A stretch of DNA of 64,000 nt from Chitinophagales bacterium (GTDB lineage Bacteria > Bacteroidota > Bacteroidia > Chitinophagales > Chitinophagaceae): assembly GCA_038239385.1 (NCBI GenBank), contig JBBSEV010000016.1:14534-78533 (forward strand). The letters run 5' to 3'. Positions 47,847 through 58,106 of the stretch are shown here, piece after piece. Below the pieces are notes generated by a model. It worked only from the letters and a program-made list of their open reading frames with translations. It had not been told where the DNA came from and ran no database searches. Every line of letters begins with the position of its first letter. The stretch's first letter is position 1. Position numbers and translations under genes: made by a program.

Positions 47847-48545
47847 ATGCAAGAAGAAATAAAAAAACATACTAAAAGAATTTACGAAACAGTTAAAAGC
47901 CTTAATTATACTTTCAGCGAGAAATTGAAAGAAATAGTAATTGAAATTTTCATAATCGTTTTTGCGGTAACTCTTTCAATTTGGTTACACAATTGGAGTG
48001 AACACAGGCATGAACAAAAAGAAGCAAAGAAATTCTTAATTGAATTAAGAGAAGACTTAACACGCGACATTAAGCTGCTAAAAGATAATAAACAAACCTC
48101 GATAAAGCTGGACTCTAATTACAAATATATATTATCATTAAAAAAGGACCAGGTTAGCGATACAATTTTGGGTCCATATACAGATATAATTTCTTTTACT
48201 ACTAACTTCAATAGTGGCAGGTACGAAGGTTTTAAGTCAAGTGGAAAAATTGGGACAATTGAGAATGATAAATTGAAGAATAGTATATTGACATACTATC
48301 AACAGACCATCCCTAATTTGATTATAGAAGCTAACTTTATGAATAATGAACAAATTAAAATTCTAAATACAGGTCAAAATGAACTGGGGAATTTATCATT
48401 AAACACTTTTTTAACTACAAAAAAAATGCACTCAATGTTTTATTTTTTAGAATATAATTTTAGAGCTGCTATATCCAATTATGATAGTACAATAACACGA
48501 GCGAATGAAATCATTGTAGACATTAACAAAGAAGCATCAGAATAA
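47847..48545 (+). CDS. Hypothetical N-terminally anchored protein (resembles the DUF6090 layout)
   Basis: TM helix IVIEIFIIVFAVTLSIWL followed by HNWSEHRHEQKEAKKFL and a helical region. Confidence 0.55.
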   Translation: MQEEIKKHTKRIYETVKSLNYTFSEKLKEIVIEIFIIVFAVTLSIWLHNWSEHRHEQKEAKKFLIELREDLTRDIKLLKDNKQTSIKLDSNYKYILSLKKDQVSDTILGPYTDIISFTTNFNSGRYEGFKSSGKIGTIENDKLKNSILTYYQQTIPNLIIEANFMNNEQIKILNTGQNELGNLSLNTFLTTKKMHSMFYFLEYNFRAAISNYDSTITRANEIIVDINKEASE

Positions 48546-48757
48546 AAAAAAGCCGCACAACATTGGTCACTGATTGAGAGAATTCTTTTGACTTCATCCC
48601 GGCTATCCGTAGTAACGTTCAGTGCGAAGAAACCCATATTCGCTATCCATAGAAGGATTAAATAATAAAAGAGCTGCCATCCTTAATTTGCAAACTGAGG
48701 ATCTTCTTCACAATTTTACCATCCTGCCATTGCATTTTTTCGTAAATAGTATTTTAC

Positions 48758-49474
48758 ATGTTTATTCTTATGAAAAAGTTAGTTAGCATTGCAATCATTT
48801 TTTTATTCTTATCATCGTGTTCGAAAAAAAACGATAACTCGGCTAAACAGCCTCCGGTTGCAATGGATACAATTCATAAAACTTACCTCGCTCTCGGTGA
48901 TTCATATACTATTGGAGAATCAGTTGACGAAACAGAAAGGTTTCCAGCACAAACAGCTCAACTTTTAAGGCAACAAAATATAGATGTAGCTAATCCGGAT
49001 ATTATTGCTGTTACAGGTTGGACCACTGCCAATCTCTTAAATGCTTTGAATGATAACCCTCCGGGAAAAAATTATTCCATTGTGTCACTTCTTATCGGTG
49101 TGAACAATCAATACCAGAGAAGATCATTAGATGAATATAAAAATGAGTTTACAGAATTACTTTCCAGGGCAATTACTTATGCGGGAAATAATAAAGATCA
49201 CGTGTTTGTGATTTCAATCCCCGACTATAGTGTTACTCCTTTTGCCCAGGGATCAGATACTGCTGAAATTGCAAAAGAGATTGATGACTTTAATGCAGCG
49301 AATAAAATAATAACATTGAATGCAGGCGTTCATTATATTGATGTAACTCCTGTGTCGCGTGATGCAAAAAATGACCCATCTTTAATAGCGATCGACCGCC
49401 TTCATCCTTCCGGTGTTCAATATAAAAAATGGAGTGATCTTCTTGCTCCTGTCATTTTAAAAGAAATTCAATAA
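48758..49474 (+). CDS. SGNH/GDSL hydrolase lipoprotein
   Basis: Lipobox FLSSCSKK, block I YLALGDSYTIGES, and the DRLHPS catalytic block. The start could instead be the ATG at 48770. Confidence 0.82.
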   Translation: MFILMKKLVSIAIIFLFLSSCSKKNDNSAKQPPVAMDTIHKTYLALGDSYTIGESVDETERFPAQTAQLLRQQNIDVANPDIIAVTGWTTANLLNALNDNPPGKNYSIVSLLIGVNNQYQRRSLDEYKNEFTELLSRAITYAGNNKDHVFVISIPDYSVTPFAQGSDTAEIAKEIDDFNAANKIITLNAGVHYIDVTPVSRDAKNDPSLIAIDRLHPSGVQYKKWSDLLAPVILKEIQ

Positions 49475-49613
49475 TAAAGCAGTTATATGAATATGCTTTA
49501 ATTGTGATGTACTCCTCATCATTAAATATTGATCTTTAAAAATTAGCTTACTATGAGGTCACGCTTAAACTAAAGCGTATACTCAGTTCACAAAGCTCAT
49601 TATATTTGCTTTG

Positions 49614-50846
49614 ATGATAAGCAACACACTCTCACTTTATAGAAGAGCATATGGAGGCCTTTCCTCAGGCACCTGGTGGCTATCTCTCGTAATGCTGGTA
49701 AACCGCAGCGGAACGATGGTTGTACCTTTCATGACGATGTATCTTACCCAACATTATGGAGTGTCCATCGGCAAAGCAGGATTAGTAATGAGTTTATTTG
49801 GGCTGGGCGCAATAACAGGTGCATTGATTGGAGGAAAACTCGTGGATTCTGTGGGTTATTATTATGTACAGATATCCGCCTTAATTGGTGGCGGCGCTAT
49901 GTTTATTGTTTTAGGGCAAATGCATTCATATACGGCTATCTGTATTACTACTTTTATCCTGGCTGTTATGAATGAATCTTTCAGGCCAGCGAATACTGTA
50001 GCGATAGCCCACTATAGTAAGGAACAGAACAGAACAAGGTCTTATTCCCTTAACAGGCTTTCAATAAACCTGGGTTGGGCGGTAGGTGGTGCATTAGGAG
50101 GAATTCTGGCGAGCATTAATTATAACCTTTTATTTTGGGTGGATGGTATCACTAATCTTGTTGCTGCAGTTTTGCTGTACATAACGCTATCGCCTAATCG
50201 TAATAGTGAAACGGAAAAGAGAATAAAAGAAAAGAAGGTTACCATTAAGAACTCAGTTTATAAAGACAGGGCCTACCTGGTATTTGTTTTTCTGATCTTT
50301 ATATTTGCACTTTGCTTCTTTCAATTATTCACCACCATCCCGGTTTTCTTTAAAGAAAAATTAAATCTAAGTGTTTTTTTTATTGGAATGGTAATGGCTT
50401 TAAACGGTTTAATCATTGCGGTATTTGAAATGATTACCATTTTTATGCTGGAAGGAAAAAGGCCATCGCTTCATTATATATCCAGCGGGGTAATTCTTGT
50501 ATCGATTTCATTTTTGATACTAATTATTCCATCTTATAATCCGGCGATTATTGCATTAACTGCCATGATATTTTTAACTTTTGGTGAAATACTTGCTATG
50601 CCATTTATGAATGCATGGTGGATTGGCAGAACGGTTCAAAATAACCGGGGACAATATGCAGCATTGTATACAGTTGCATGGGCCTCTGCGCAAACCTTCG
50701 GGCCAATTGCCGGCTCTTTAATTGTTGAGCATTATAATTACAAGATTTTATGGGTAATGGTAAGTGCGGTATGTTTTGTACTTGCTATTTTATATTTCCG
50801 TTTACAAAAAACTGAGAAATTATATAGAGATGGAAAACCTGCATGA
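49614..50846 (+). CDS. MFS transporter
   Basis: 12 predicted TM helices. ATG at 49614, one codon after the track's TTG. Confidence 0.8.
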   Translation: MISNTLSLYRRAYGGLSSGTWWLSLVMLVNRSGTMVVPFMTMYLTQHYGVSIGKAGLVMSLFGLGAITGALIGGKLVDSVGYYYVQISALIGGGAMFIVLGQMHSYTAICITTFILAVMNESFRPANTVAIAHYSKEQNRTRSYSLNRLSINLGWAVGGALGGILASINYNLLFWVDGITNLVAAVLLYITLSPNRNSETEKRIKEKKVTIKNSVYKDRAYLVFVFLIFIFALCFFQLFTTIPVFFKEKLNLSVFFIGMVMALNGLIIAVFEMITIFMLEGKRPSLHYISSGVILVSISFLILIIPSYNPAIIALTAMIFLTFGEILAMPFMNAWWIGRTVQNNRGQYAALYTVAWASAQTFGPIAGSLIVEHYNYKILWVMVSAVCFVLAILYFRLQKTEKLYRDGKPA

Positions 50847-50999
50847 TAGCATTTTGATCTGCCCTTTTACTGAATGCAGGTTACTATTTTTATATTCATG
50901 AAATAAACTCCCGTAGTTTTTTGATCACTACGCAAGGCAGTTTTAAAAAAGTAAAAAAATATAATTGTACATTTATTTAATAAACTTCTTTTTTCCAAA

Positions 51000-51722
51000 A
51001 TGTATTGCCTGTACCTTGTTGTTTTTGTGGGATTGTTTTTTTCTTTCAATCATACAATTGCCCAAACAACTTCTTCCAATAAATCATCTGCTTATGATAA
51101 TATTAAAGAATATTATCAAAATGAAATTGGCGACAAATCTCATCTATACAATGGGAGAGAATACGCAAAATATAAAAGCGGCATACAAGGGACTCAATTT
51201 TTTATTTCCCCGGAAATGCAAAGCAGTGCAATCTTTTATGATGGCACACTATACGAAGATGTGCCTTTATTATTTGACCTTGTTCGACAGGAAGTTGTTA
51301 TAAACCGTTATGATGAAAATACCAGGATAAAATTGCTCAATGAAAAAATAAAATATTTTATCATTTCGGGCCATAGGTTTGAAAATATTATTGCAAACGA
51401 AGAAAATACGAAAGATATTAGTAGCGGCTTTTTTGATATAATATTTTCGGGCAAAGCAAGTGTTTTAGTAAGCCGTATTAAAAAAGTAGAAATGACATTA
51501 AATCCTGAAGACCCTCCAAAATTTACTGAAAGAGATAAAATTTTTATACTCAATGGAAATAGCATATATTCTATTGAAAAGACGACTTCAATATTAAAAG
51601 CGCTTAATGATAAAAAGGATTTGGTAAAAACATTTATTCGAAAAAATAAGTTCAGGTTTAAAAATAATACAGAAGAAGAATTAGTAAAGGCTGTTGCTTA
51701 TTATGAAACATTAACTAAATGA
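51000..51722 (+). CDS. Hypothetical secreted protein, first gene of the TonB-receptor operon
   Basis: Signal peptide MYCLYLVVFVGLFFSFNHTIAQ. ATGA overlap with the next gene. Confidence 0.6.
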   Translation: MYCLYLVVFVGLFFSFNHTIAQTTSSNKSSAYDNIKEYYQNEIGDKSHLYNGREYAKYKSGIQGTQFFISPEMQSSAIFYDGTLYEDVPLLFDLVRQEVVINRYDENTRIKLLNEKIKYFIISGHRFENIIANEENTKDISSGFFDIIFSGKASVLVSRIKKVEMTLNPEDPPKFTERDKIFILNGNSIYSIEKTTSILKALNDKKDLVKTFIRKNKFRFKNNTEEELVKAVAYYETLTK

Positions 51723-54487
51723 TTATGAGATGTATTGGCCGCAGTGTTGTCTGCGTCTGCTGTTTATTGTATGTATATAGTGCTAATGGGCAACAGCACA
51801 ACGTGAACGGTGACTTTAGTAATACGAAATTTCCGGAGTTTGTAAAGAATGTTGAAAATGGTAATTCCTGGCATTTCTACTATGATGAAGCTGCGCTGGA
51901 TTCATTTATAATCAATACCAAAATAGTTGATAAACCTCTTGCTGAAGCTTTAAATCAAATATTTAATAATACTTCTTTTCATTATTCTTTGGATGGATCA
52001 GGTAATGTTTTTATAACCAAAAACAGTATTCTTCAAACAACGCTGGCTGATGACTTTTTTGATCCTGGCGAAAAAATTATCTCCAAAGAACCAGATGTGG
52101 TACAAGACCAAAATGGAACAAAAGAAAAAACAAGGCCAATATTTACAGAAAATAAATTATTTGAGATAGGTTTAAAATCATCCGTAAAAAAAAATAATGT
52201 AATTCTTACAGGCTTCGTAAAAGATATAAAGAACGGAGAGGCATTACCCGGCGCCTCAATTTATATTGACAGCGCTTATACCGGGTTGGTTACTGACCAG
52301 TTTGGATATTACTCTCTCACCATTCAGCCCGGCAATCATATATTAGAAATTACAAGTCTTGGCATGAAAGAAACCAGGCGTCGCCTTTTGGTTTATGGCG
52401 ATGGGAAATTAAACATAGAAATGCAGGATGATATACCTACCTTAAAAAACGTTATCGTTACTTCAGAAAGACGATCAAATGTAAGGAGTACACAAATGGG
52501 GATTGACCGGCTTTCTATTAAAACTATAAAGGAAGTTCCTGTTGTATTTGGAGAATCGGATATTTTAAGAGTAGTACTTACCTTACCCGGCGTTACTTCT
52601 GTAGGCGAAGCGAGTACCGGCTTCAATGTTCGGGGTGGATCTGCAGATCAAAATCTTATTTTATTTGACGATGCCACCATTTATAATCCTTCCCATTTAT
52701 TTGGATTTTTTTCTGCATTTAATTCTGATGTGGTAAAAGGGGTAGAGCTCTATAAAAGTGTAGTACCGGTAAAGTACGGAGGACGGCTTTCATCAGTGCT
52801 TGATGTATCAACCAAAGATGGCAACGATAAAAAATTATCCGGTAGCGGTGGAATCGGGTTACTCACAAGTAAGTTCACAATTGAAGGCCCTCTGAAAAAA
52901 GATAAAACTTCTTTCATTCTTGGCGGCCGTACCACTTATTCTAACTGGTTACTTAAAACGGTTCCCAATTCAGCTTATAGCAATAGCAAGGCTTCATTTT
53001 ATGATCTGAATATTCACATAAGCCACACCATTAATTCGAAAAATAATTTATACCTAACCGGTTATTTAAGTAATGATAATTTCCGGTTTAATAAGGATAC
53101 TACTTATAAATATGGAAATAAAAATATTATTATAAAGTGGAAGCATATTTTCAATAATAAATTTTTTACACTTATTTCAGCAGGTATTGATAATTATCAA
53201 TATAACGTTACAAGTAATTCAAACCCGGTAAACAGCTATAAACTTACCTACGATATTAATCAAAATAATTTCAAAGCAGATTTTACATACAAGCCGGATA
53301 ACAGGCAATCATTTAGCTTTGGGCTAAACTCAATTTATTATAAGTTAAGCCCCGGAAGCTTTCTACCTTACGGCAGCCAGTCTCTGGTAAGTCCTGATAT
53401 TTTGCAGGCTGAACAGGGTTTGGAAAACGCAGCGTATTTAGGGTATCAATACAATTTAACTTCCAACCTGTCATTAAATGCAGGCTTAAGATATTCAATG
53501 TTTAATTATTTAGGGGCGCACGATACCTATAGTTATCTAAAAGGAATACCTAAGGAAATGTCTACAATAACCGACACTTCTTCTTATGGCCCCGGAAAAG
53601 TTATAAAAACTTATCAGGGCCCTGAATATCGGGTTTCACTAAGGTATGCTTTGCCCGGTGACGCTTCGGTTAAAATTGGATACAATACTTTAAGACAATA
53701 TATACACCAGCTGTCAAATACAGTGTCAATCTCGCCTGTTGATATTTGGAAATTAAGTGATAGAAACATAAAGCCTCAGACAGGACAACAAATTTCAATT
53801 GGGTTTTATAAAAACTTTAATTCTAATAATATTGAAACATCTCTTGAATTATATTATAAAGAATTTAAAAACATTATTGATTACAAAAGTGGCGCTTCTC
53901 TATTGCTCAATCATCATATAGAAACTGATATTATTAATACAAAAGGTAAAGCCTATGGCATTGAATTTTTAATAAAGAAATTAACGGGTAAATTAAATGG
54001 ATGGTTGAGCTATACTTATTCACGAACATTATTAAAGCAAGATGATGCGCTTGCAGGGGAATCCATAAACAATGGAAATTATTATCCTGCAAGTTATGAT
54101 AAGCCGCATAATGTAAACTTCATCAGTAATTATAAATTCTCACACAGGCTAAGTCTTTCTCTAAACGTTGTTTATAGTACGGGCAGGCCAATAACTTTAC
54201 CTATAGCTATTTTTAATTCGAATGGTTCGCAAAGGGTATTGTATTCTGATAGGAATGAATTTAGAATACCCGATTATTTTAGATCTGATGTTTCTATTAA
54301 CCTTGACGGCAATCATAAAGTAAAACAAGTGCTTCATAATTCATGGTCATTAGGAATATATAACCTTTCTGCAAGAGAGAATGCTTATTCTGTATATTTT
54401 GTCCAGGAAAACGGTCTTATCAAAGGTTACCAGCTATCAATATTTGGTACCATCATTCCATACCTAACTTATAATTTTAGATTTTAA
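51719..54487 (+). CDS. TonB-dependent receptor with an N-terminal STN-like domain, a carboxypeptidase-regulatory-like domain, plug and barrel
   Basis: The STN-like segment reads FPEFVKNVENGNSWHFYYDEA...LAEALNQIFNNTSFHY. The CarbopepD_reg-like segment reads ILTGFVKDIKNGEALPGASIYID...GYYSL. The plug contains GESDILRVVLTLPGV. The C-terminal barrel ends in ...YNFRF. Confidence 0.85.
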   Translation: MIMRCIGRSVVCVCCLLYVYSANGQQHNVNGDFSNTKFPEFVKNVENGNSWHFYYDEAALDSFIINTKIVDKPLAEALNQIFNNTSFHYSLDGSGNVFITKNSILQTTLADDFFDPGEKIISKEPDVVQDQNGTKEKTRPIFTENKLFEIGLKSSVKKNNVILTGFVKDIKNGEALPGASIYIDSAYTGLVTDQFGYYSLTIQPGNHILEITSLGMKETRRRLLVYGDGKLNIEMQDDIPTLKNVIVTSERRSNVRSTQMGIDRLSIKTIKEVPVVFGESDILRVVLTLPGVTSVGEASTGFNVRGGSADQNLILFDDATIYNPSHLFGFFSAFNSDVVKGVELYKSVVPVKYGGRLSSVLDVSTKDGNDKKLSGSGGIGLLTSKFTIEGPLKKDKTSFILGGRTTYSNWLLKTVPNSAYSNSKASFYDLNIHISHTINSKNNLYLTGYLSNDNFRFNKDTTYKYGNKNIIIKWKHIFNNKFFTLISAGIDNYQYNVTSNSNPVNSYKLTYDINQNNFKADFTYKPDNRQSFSFGLNSIYYKLSPGSFLPYGSQSLVSPDILQAEQGLENAAYLGYQYNLTSNLSLNAGLRYSMFNYLGAHDTYSYLKGIPKEMSTITDTSSYGPGKVIKTYQGPEYRVSLRYALPGDASVKIGYNTLRQYIHQLSNTVSISPVDIWKLSDRNIKPQTGQQISIGFYKNFNSNNIETSLELYYKEFKNIIDYKSGASLLLNHHIETDIINTKGKAYGIEFLIKKLTGKLNGWLSYTYSRTLLKQDDALAGESINNGNYYPASYDKPHNVNFISNYKFSHRLSLSLNVVYSTGRPITLPIAIFNSNGSQRVLYSDRNEFRIPDYFRSDVSINLDGNHKVKQVLHNSWSLGIYNLSARENAYSVYFVQENGLIKGYQLSIFGTIIPYLTYNFRF

Positions 54488-54488
54488 A

Positions 54489-55622
54489 ATGAAATACAGT
54501 TATATTTTATTTTCCGCTCTTATTTTGATTATAATTCATGCTGGTTGTAAGCGACAATTTGAGCCACCTGCGTTAAAAGTTGATTATAACTATTTAGTAG
54601 TCGATGGTGTAATGGTAAATAGTATTGACTCGCCAACTACTATTCAATTAAGCCGCACAAGAAAATTATCTGATACTGTTTTAAATTCTCCTGAAAGAAA
54701 TGCAATCGTGATCATTGAAGGCAGTAATGGTGAAAATTTTCAATTGAATGAATCGGCTCCCGGCAATTATTTTATCAATCACCTTTCATTAAATACCTCA
54801 TCTACTTACCGGTTGAAAATTACTACTGCTTCGGGGGGGCAATACCTTTCTGATTTTGTTGAAGTAAAAACAACACCGGCAATAGATAGTTTAAATTACA
54901 AGCAGCCCGATGATCTTACCATTTATGTAAACACGCATGATCCAGCAAACAATACAAGATATTATCGATGGGATTATGTTGAAACATCGCAGTACCATGC
55001 AGAGGGTAATTCAGAGATAGGGGTTAATAATGGGATAATGTATTTTCGCGATTCAACCAACCAAATTTATAATTGCTGGCATATAACAAATTCAAATGAT
55101 ATAATTACCGGATCAACTACAGCACTTACGGAAGATGTCATCAGCCAGTTTCCTATTATTACAATCCCTCAAAATTCAGAAAAAATAGGAGTTCGTTATG
55201 GGATACAGGTAAAGCAATATGCCATTACTCAAGCAGCATATTTATACTTCCAGATACTTAAAAAGAATACAGAGCAACAGGGTTCTATTTTCGATGTACA
55301 GCCTTCACAATTGACCGGCAATATTCATTCTGTGAATAACCGTGATGAAATAGTAATCGGTTTTATAACTGCATGTAATGTTCAGCAACAAAAGCTTTTT
55401 ATAAAAAATGATGAACTTACTAACTGGCAAAGATTAGTATTAACAGGTTTCTGTGACAAAATTGTATTATCGTTGAATCCATCTAATTATTTAATATATA
55501 GCTATCCTGATCCTGACTATACTCCCTGGTATTTTGTAACGGGAGGGCTTGTTGTTACAAAAAAACCATGTGTGGATTGCAGATTACAGGGAGGCACTAA
55601 TATAAAACCTTCCTATTGGTAA
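54489..55622 (+). CDS. DUF4249-like lipoprotein
   Basis: Lipobox IIHAGCKR. Sits 1 nt after a CarbopepD_reg-type TonB receptor, the usual DUF4249 context, with overall matching size and pattern. Confidence 0.65.
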   Translation: MKYSYILFSALILIIIHAGCKRQFEPPALKVDYNYLVVDGVMVNSIDSPTTIQLSRTRKLSDTVLNSPERNAIVIIEGSNGENFQLNESAPGNYFINHLSLNTSSTYRLKITTASGGQYLSDFVEVKTTPAIDSLNYKQPDDLTIYVNTHDPANNTRYYRWDYVETSQYHAEGNSEIGVNNGIMYFRDSTNQIYNCWHITNSNDIITGSTTALTEDVISQFPIITIPQNSEKIGVRYGIQVKQYAITQAAYLYFQILKKNTEQQGSIFDVQPSQLTGNIHSVNNRDEIVIGFITACNVQQQKLFIKNDELTNWQRLVLTGFCDKIVLSLNPSNYLIYSYPDPDYTPWYFVTGGLVVTKKPCVDCRLQGGTNIKPSYW

Positions 55623-55666
55623 AATTATTTGTCTGAAAAAATTATTAAAAACATTTTATAAGGGTT

Positions 55667-58039
55667 ATGAATTTTAAAAAAATATTTTGCTCAATTCTTT
55701 TTTTATTTTTCATAGTCAATGCATTTTCACAGGATGCGATTTCAACTGTTCAACAAAGTTTTGAAAAATATAATGCTGCTGTTTATCAGGAAAAAGTTTT
55801 TCTTCACACTGATAAAACAGTGTATATAACTGGTGAAATATTATGGTTCAAATGTTATATAACAGATGCAGTCAGCAATCATCTTTCCGCGTTAAGCAAA
55901 ATCTGTTATATTGAGGTTATTAATAATGACAATAGACAATTATTGCAGGCTAAAATAGCTATTGATTCAGGGACTGGTAATGGCTCCATTACTATACCTT
56001 CTTCGATACGCACAGGCAACTATTTATTAAGGGCCTACACAAGTTGGATGAAAAATTTTGATCCCGGTTTCTATTTTGAGCAATCTATCAGTATAATCAA
56101 TCCTGATAAAAAAGCAGGATCAACAAAGATGGATACCATTCCGCGTAATTCAATTGAGTTTTTCCCGGAAGGAGGTAATCTTGTTTATGGATTAAATAAT
56201 ACTGTTGCTTTCAAAGTAACAAATGCTTATGGCAAGGGAGTATCAGTAAAAGGAATCATTGTAAATGGAAAGAACGATACAATTCTAAATTTCGAAACTG
56301 AACGATTTGGTATGGGAACTTTTATTTTTAACCCTATAAAAGATAATGAATACCATTGTGTAATTAATATAAATAACAAAACACTCACCTATACTTTACC
56401 GGAAATTTATACCAGCGGTTGGGCTATGCACTTAAAAGACGAAGGAAGCACCTTACGGATAAATGTAACGACTAATGTGGAAACAGAGCATACGGTTTAT
56501 CTTTTTGTGCAGGCAAAGGGCTTAGCTAAGTATGCCAAAATAGAGTACTTAAAAAAGGGGGTTGCAGAGTTTATTATGAATAAATCAGATATCGGTGATG
56601 GCATTTCTCAATTAACAGTTTTTAATGAAAATAAACAACCTGTTTGTGAAAGGCTTTATTTCAAAAGGCCTACCCGGTTATTACAAATAAAGCTTCTCAA
56701 TTCTGGTACTGATTTCCAAACAAGAAAAAAAGTAACCCTGAATATTTTAACCAATGAGGCTAGCGGAAATCCGGTGAACGCAGATATGTCTGTTGCAGTT
56801 TACCTTTTAGATTCCCTACAACCTGAGCAGGAAATGAATATATTAAATTATCTATGGCTTTCTTCTGATATAAAAGGCACAGTTGAATCTCCTCAATACT
56901 ATTTTAATAATTCAGGTGCTGAAGTCGATAAAGCAACTGACAACCTGATGCTTACACAAGGATGGAGAAGATTTAAGTGGGAAGACGTTCTTAAAAACAC
57001 AAAACCAGCATTTAAATTTTTACCTGAAAAAGAGGGACTCCTCGTAACGGGGAGAATATTGCCAGGGAATAGCCTTTTACAGGATACATCCTTCCCTGTA
57101 TATTTATCTGTTCCTGGAAATAATTTCAAATTTTCACGTTCTGTTACTTCAATATCAAAACCTGTAAAATTTAATGTTGGAAAATTTTATGGCAGTCACG
57201 AATTAATTTCACAAGCTGAAATAGCTGATAGTAATTACCGGGTATCTATAGACAATCCTTTTTCTGATAAATTTTCACCATTTGGAATTGAACCTATTAA
57301 TTTAATACGCAGCTATAAGGCTGAAATTATAAAGAGAAGTATAGGCGTACAATCAGATAATTTTTATCAACCCGGTAAAAAAGTTAATTATATTTTACCG
57401 GCCAATTTAGATACCACTGCCTTTTTTGGCTTTCCATCAAGAACATATTATCTCGATGATTACACACGCTTTCACTCTATGGAAGAAGTTATGAGGGAAT
57501 ATGTAAAAGAAGTACATGTAAGAAACAGGCAGAATACTTTTCATTACGAAGTATATAATGAACTTGAAAAACTTTATTTCAATGAAGACCCCCTGGTACT
57601 TATAGATGGCGTACCCGTTTTTAATATCAATAAAATAATGGAAGTTGACCCGTTGAGAATTAAAAAAATTGATATAACAACTACAAGGTTTTTTCTTGGC
57701 TCAAGAGCATATGATGGCATTGTAAGTTATTCAACATATAACGGCGACCTGGAAGGTTATGAACTAGCGCCAGGCTCTAACGTGATTGAATATGATGGAT
57801 TGCAATTTGAAAGAGAATTTTATTCCCCGCAATATGAAACAGCCCAGCAGTCTTCTACACGCATCCCCGACTTTAGGAACGTTTTATACTGGTTGCCTCA
57901 CCTTAAAACAATCAATGGCAGGCAGGATATTTCTTTCTATACTTCGGATGTACCGGGAAAATATTTGATTGTGGCCCAAGGAATTTCTGATGGAGGGTTT
58001 GTAGGAACAAGCACTTTAAGTTTTATAGTCAACAAATAG
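55667..58039 (+). CDS. Secreted protein with an MG2-like (alpha-2-macroglobulin-type) N-terminal domain and a plug-like C-terminal domain, no barrel
   Basis: The N-terminal QEKVFLHTDKTVYITGEILWFKCY is an MG2-like motif. The C-terminal DPLVLIDGVPVFNINKIMEVDPLRIKKIDITT...GSRAYDGIVSYSTYNG resembles a TonB plug. Confidence 0.6.
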   Translation: MNFKKIFCSILFLFFIVNAFSQDAISTVQQSFEKYNAAVYQEKVFLHTDKTVYITGEILWFKCYITDAVSNHLSALSKICYIEVINNDNRQLLQAKIAIDSGTGNGSITIPSSIRTGNYLLRAYTSWMKNFDPGFYFEQSISIINPDKKAGSTKMDTIPRNSIEFFPEGGNLVYGLNNTVAFKVTNAYGKGVSVKGIIVNGKNDTILNFETERFGMGTFIFNPIKDNEYHCVININNKTLTYTLPEIYTSGWAMHLKDEGSTLRINVTTNVETEHTVYLFVQAKGLAKYAKIEYLKKGVAEFIMNKSDIGDGISQLTVFNENKQPVCERLYFKRPTRLLQIKLLNSGTDFQTRKKVTLNILTNEASGNPVNADMSVAVYLLDSLQPEQEMNILNYLWLSSDIKGTVESPQYYFNNSGAEVDKATDNLMLTQGWRRFKWEDVLKNTKPAFKFLPEKEGLLVTGRILPGNSLLQDTSFPVYLSVPGNNFKFSRSVTSISKPVKFNVGKFYGSHELISQAEIADSNYRVSIDNPFSDKFSPFGIEPINLIRSYKAEIIKRSIGVQSDNFYQPGKKVNYILPANLDTTAFFGFPSRTYYLDDYTRFHSMEEVMREYVKEVHVRNRQNTFHYEVYNELEKLYFNEDPLVLIDGVPVFNINKIMEVDPLRIKKIDITTTRFFLGSRAYDGIVSYSTYNGDLEGYELAPGSNVIEYDGLQFEREFYSPQYETAQQSSTRIPDFRNVLYWLPHLKTINGRQDISFYTSDVPGKYLIVAQGISDGGFVGTSTLSFIVNK

Positions 58040-58106
58040 CTTTTCTGATTTCGCCGCGCCTTTTCTTTATAAAAAAGATGCATGTTAATTGCTGCAAATA
58101 AAAAGT

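Noticed and set aside
50836-50881. 9-bp inverted repeat aacctgcat/atgcaggtt spanning the MFS gene stop, as a possible terminator.
   Set aside because: The loop is about 28 nt and the following T-run is weak. This is too uncertain to call.
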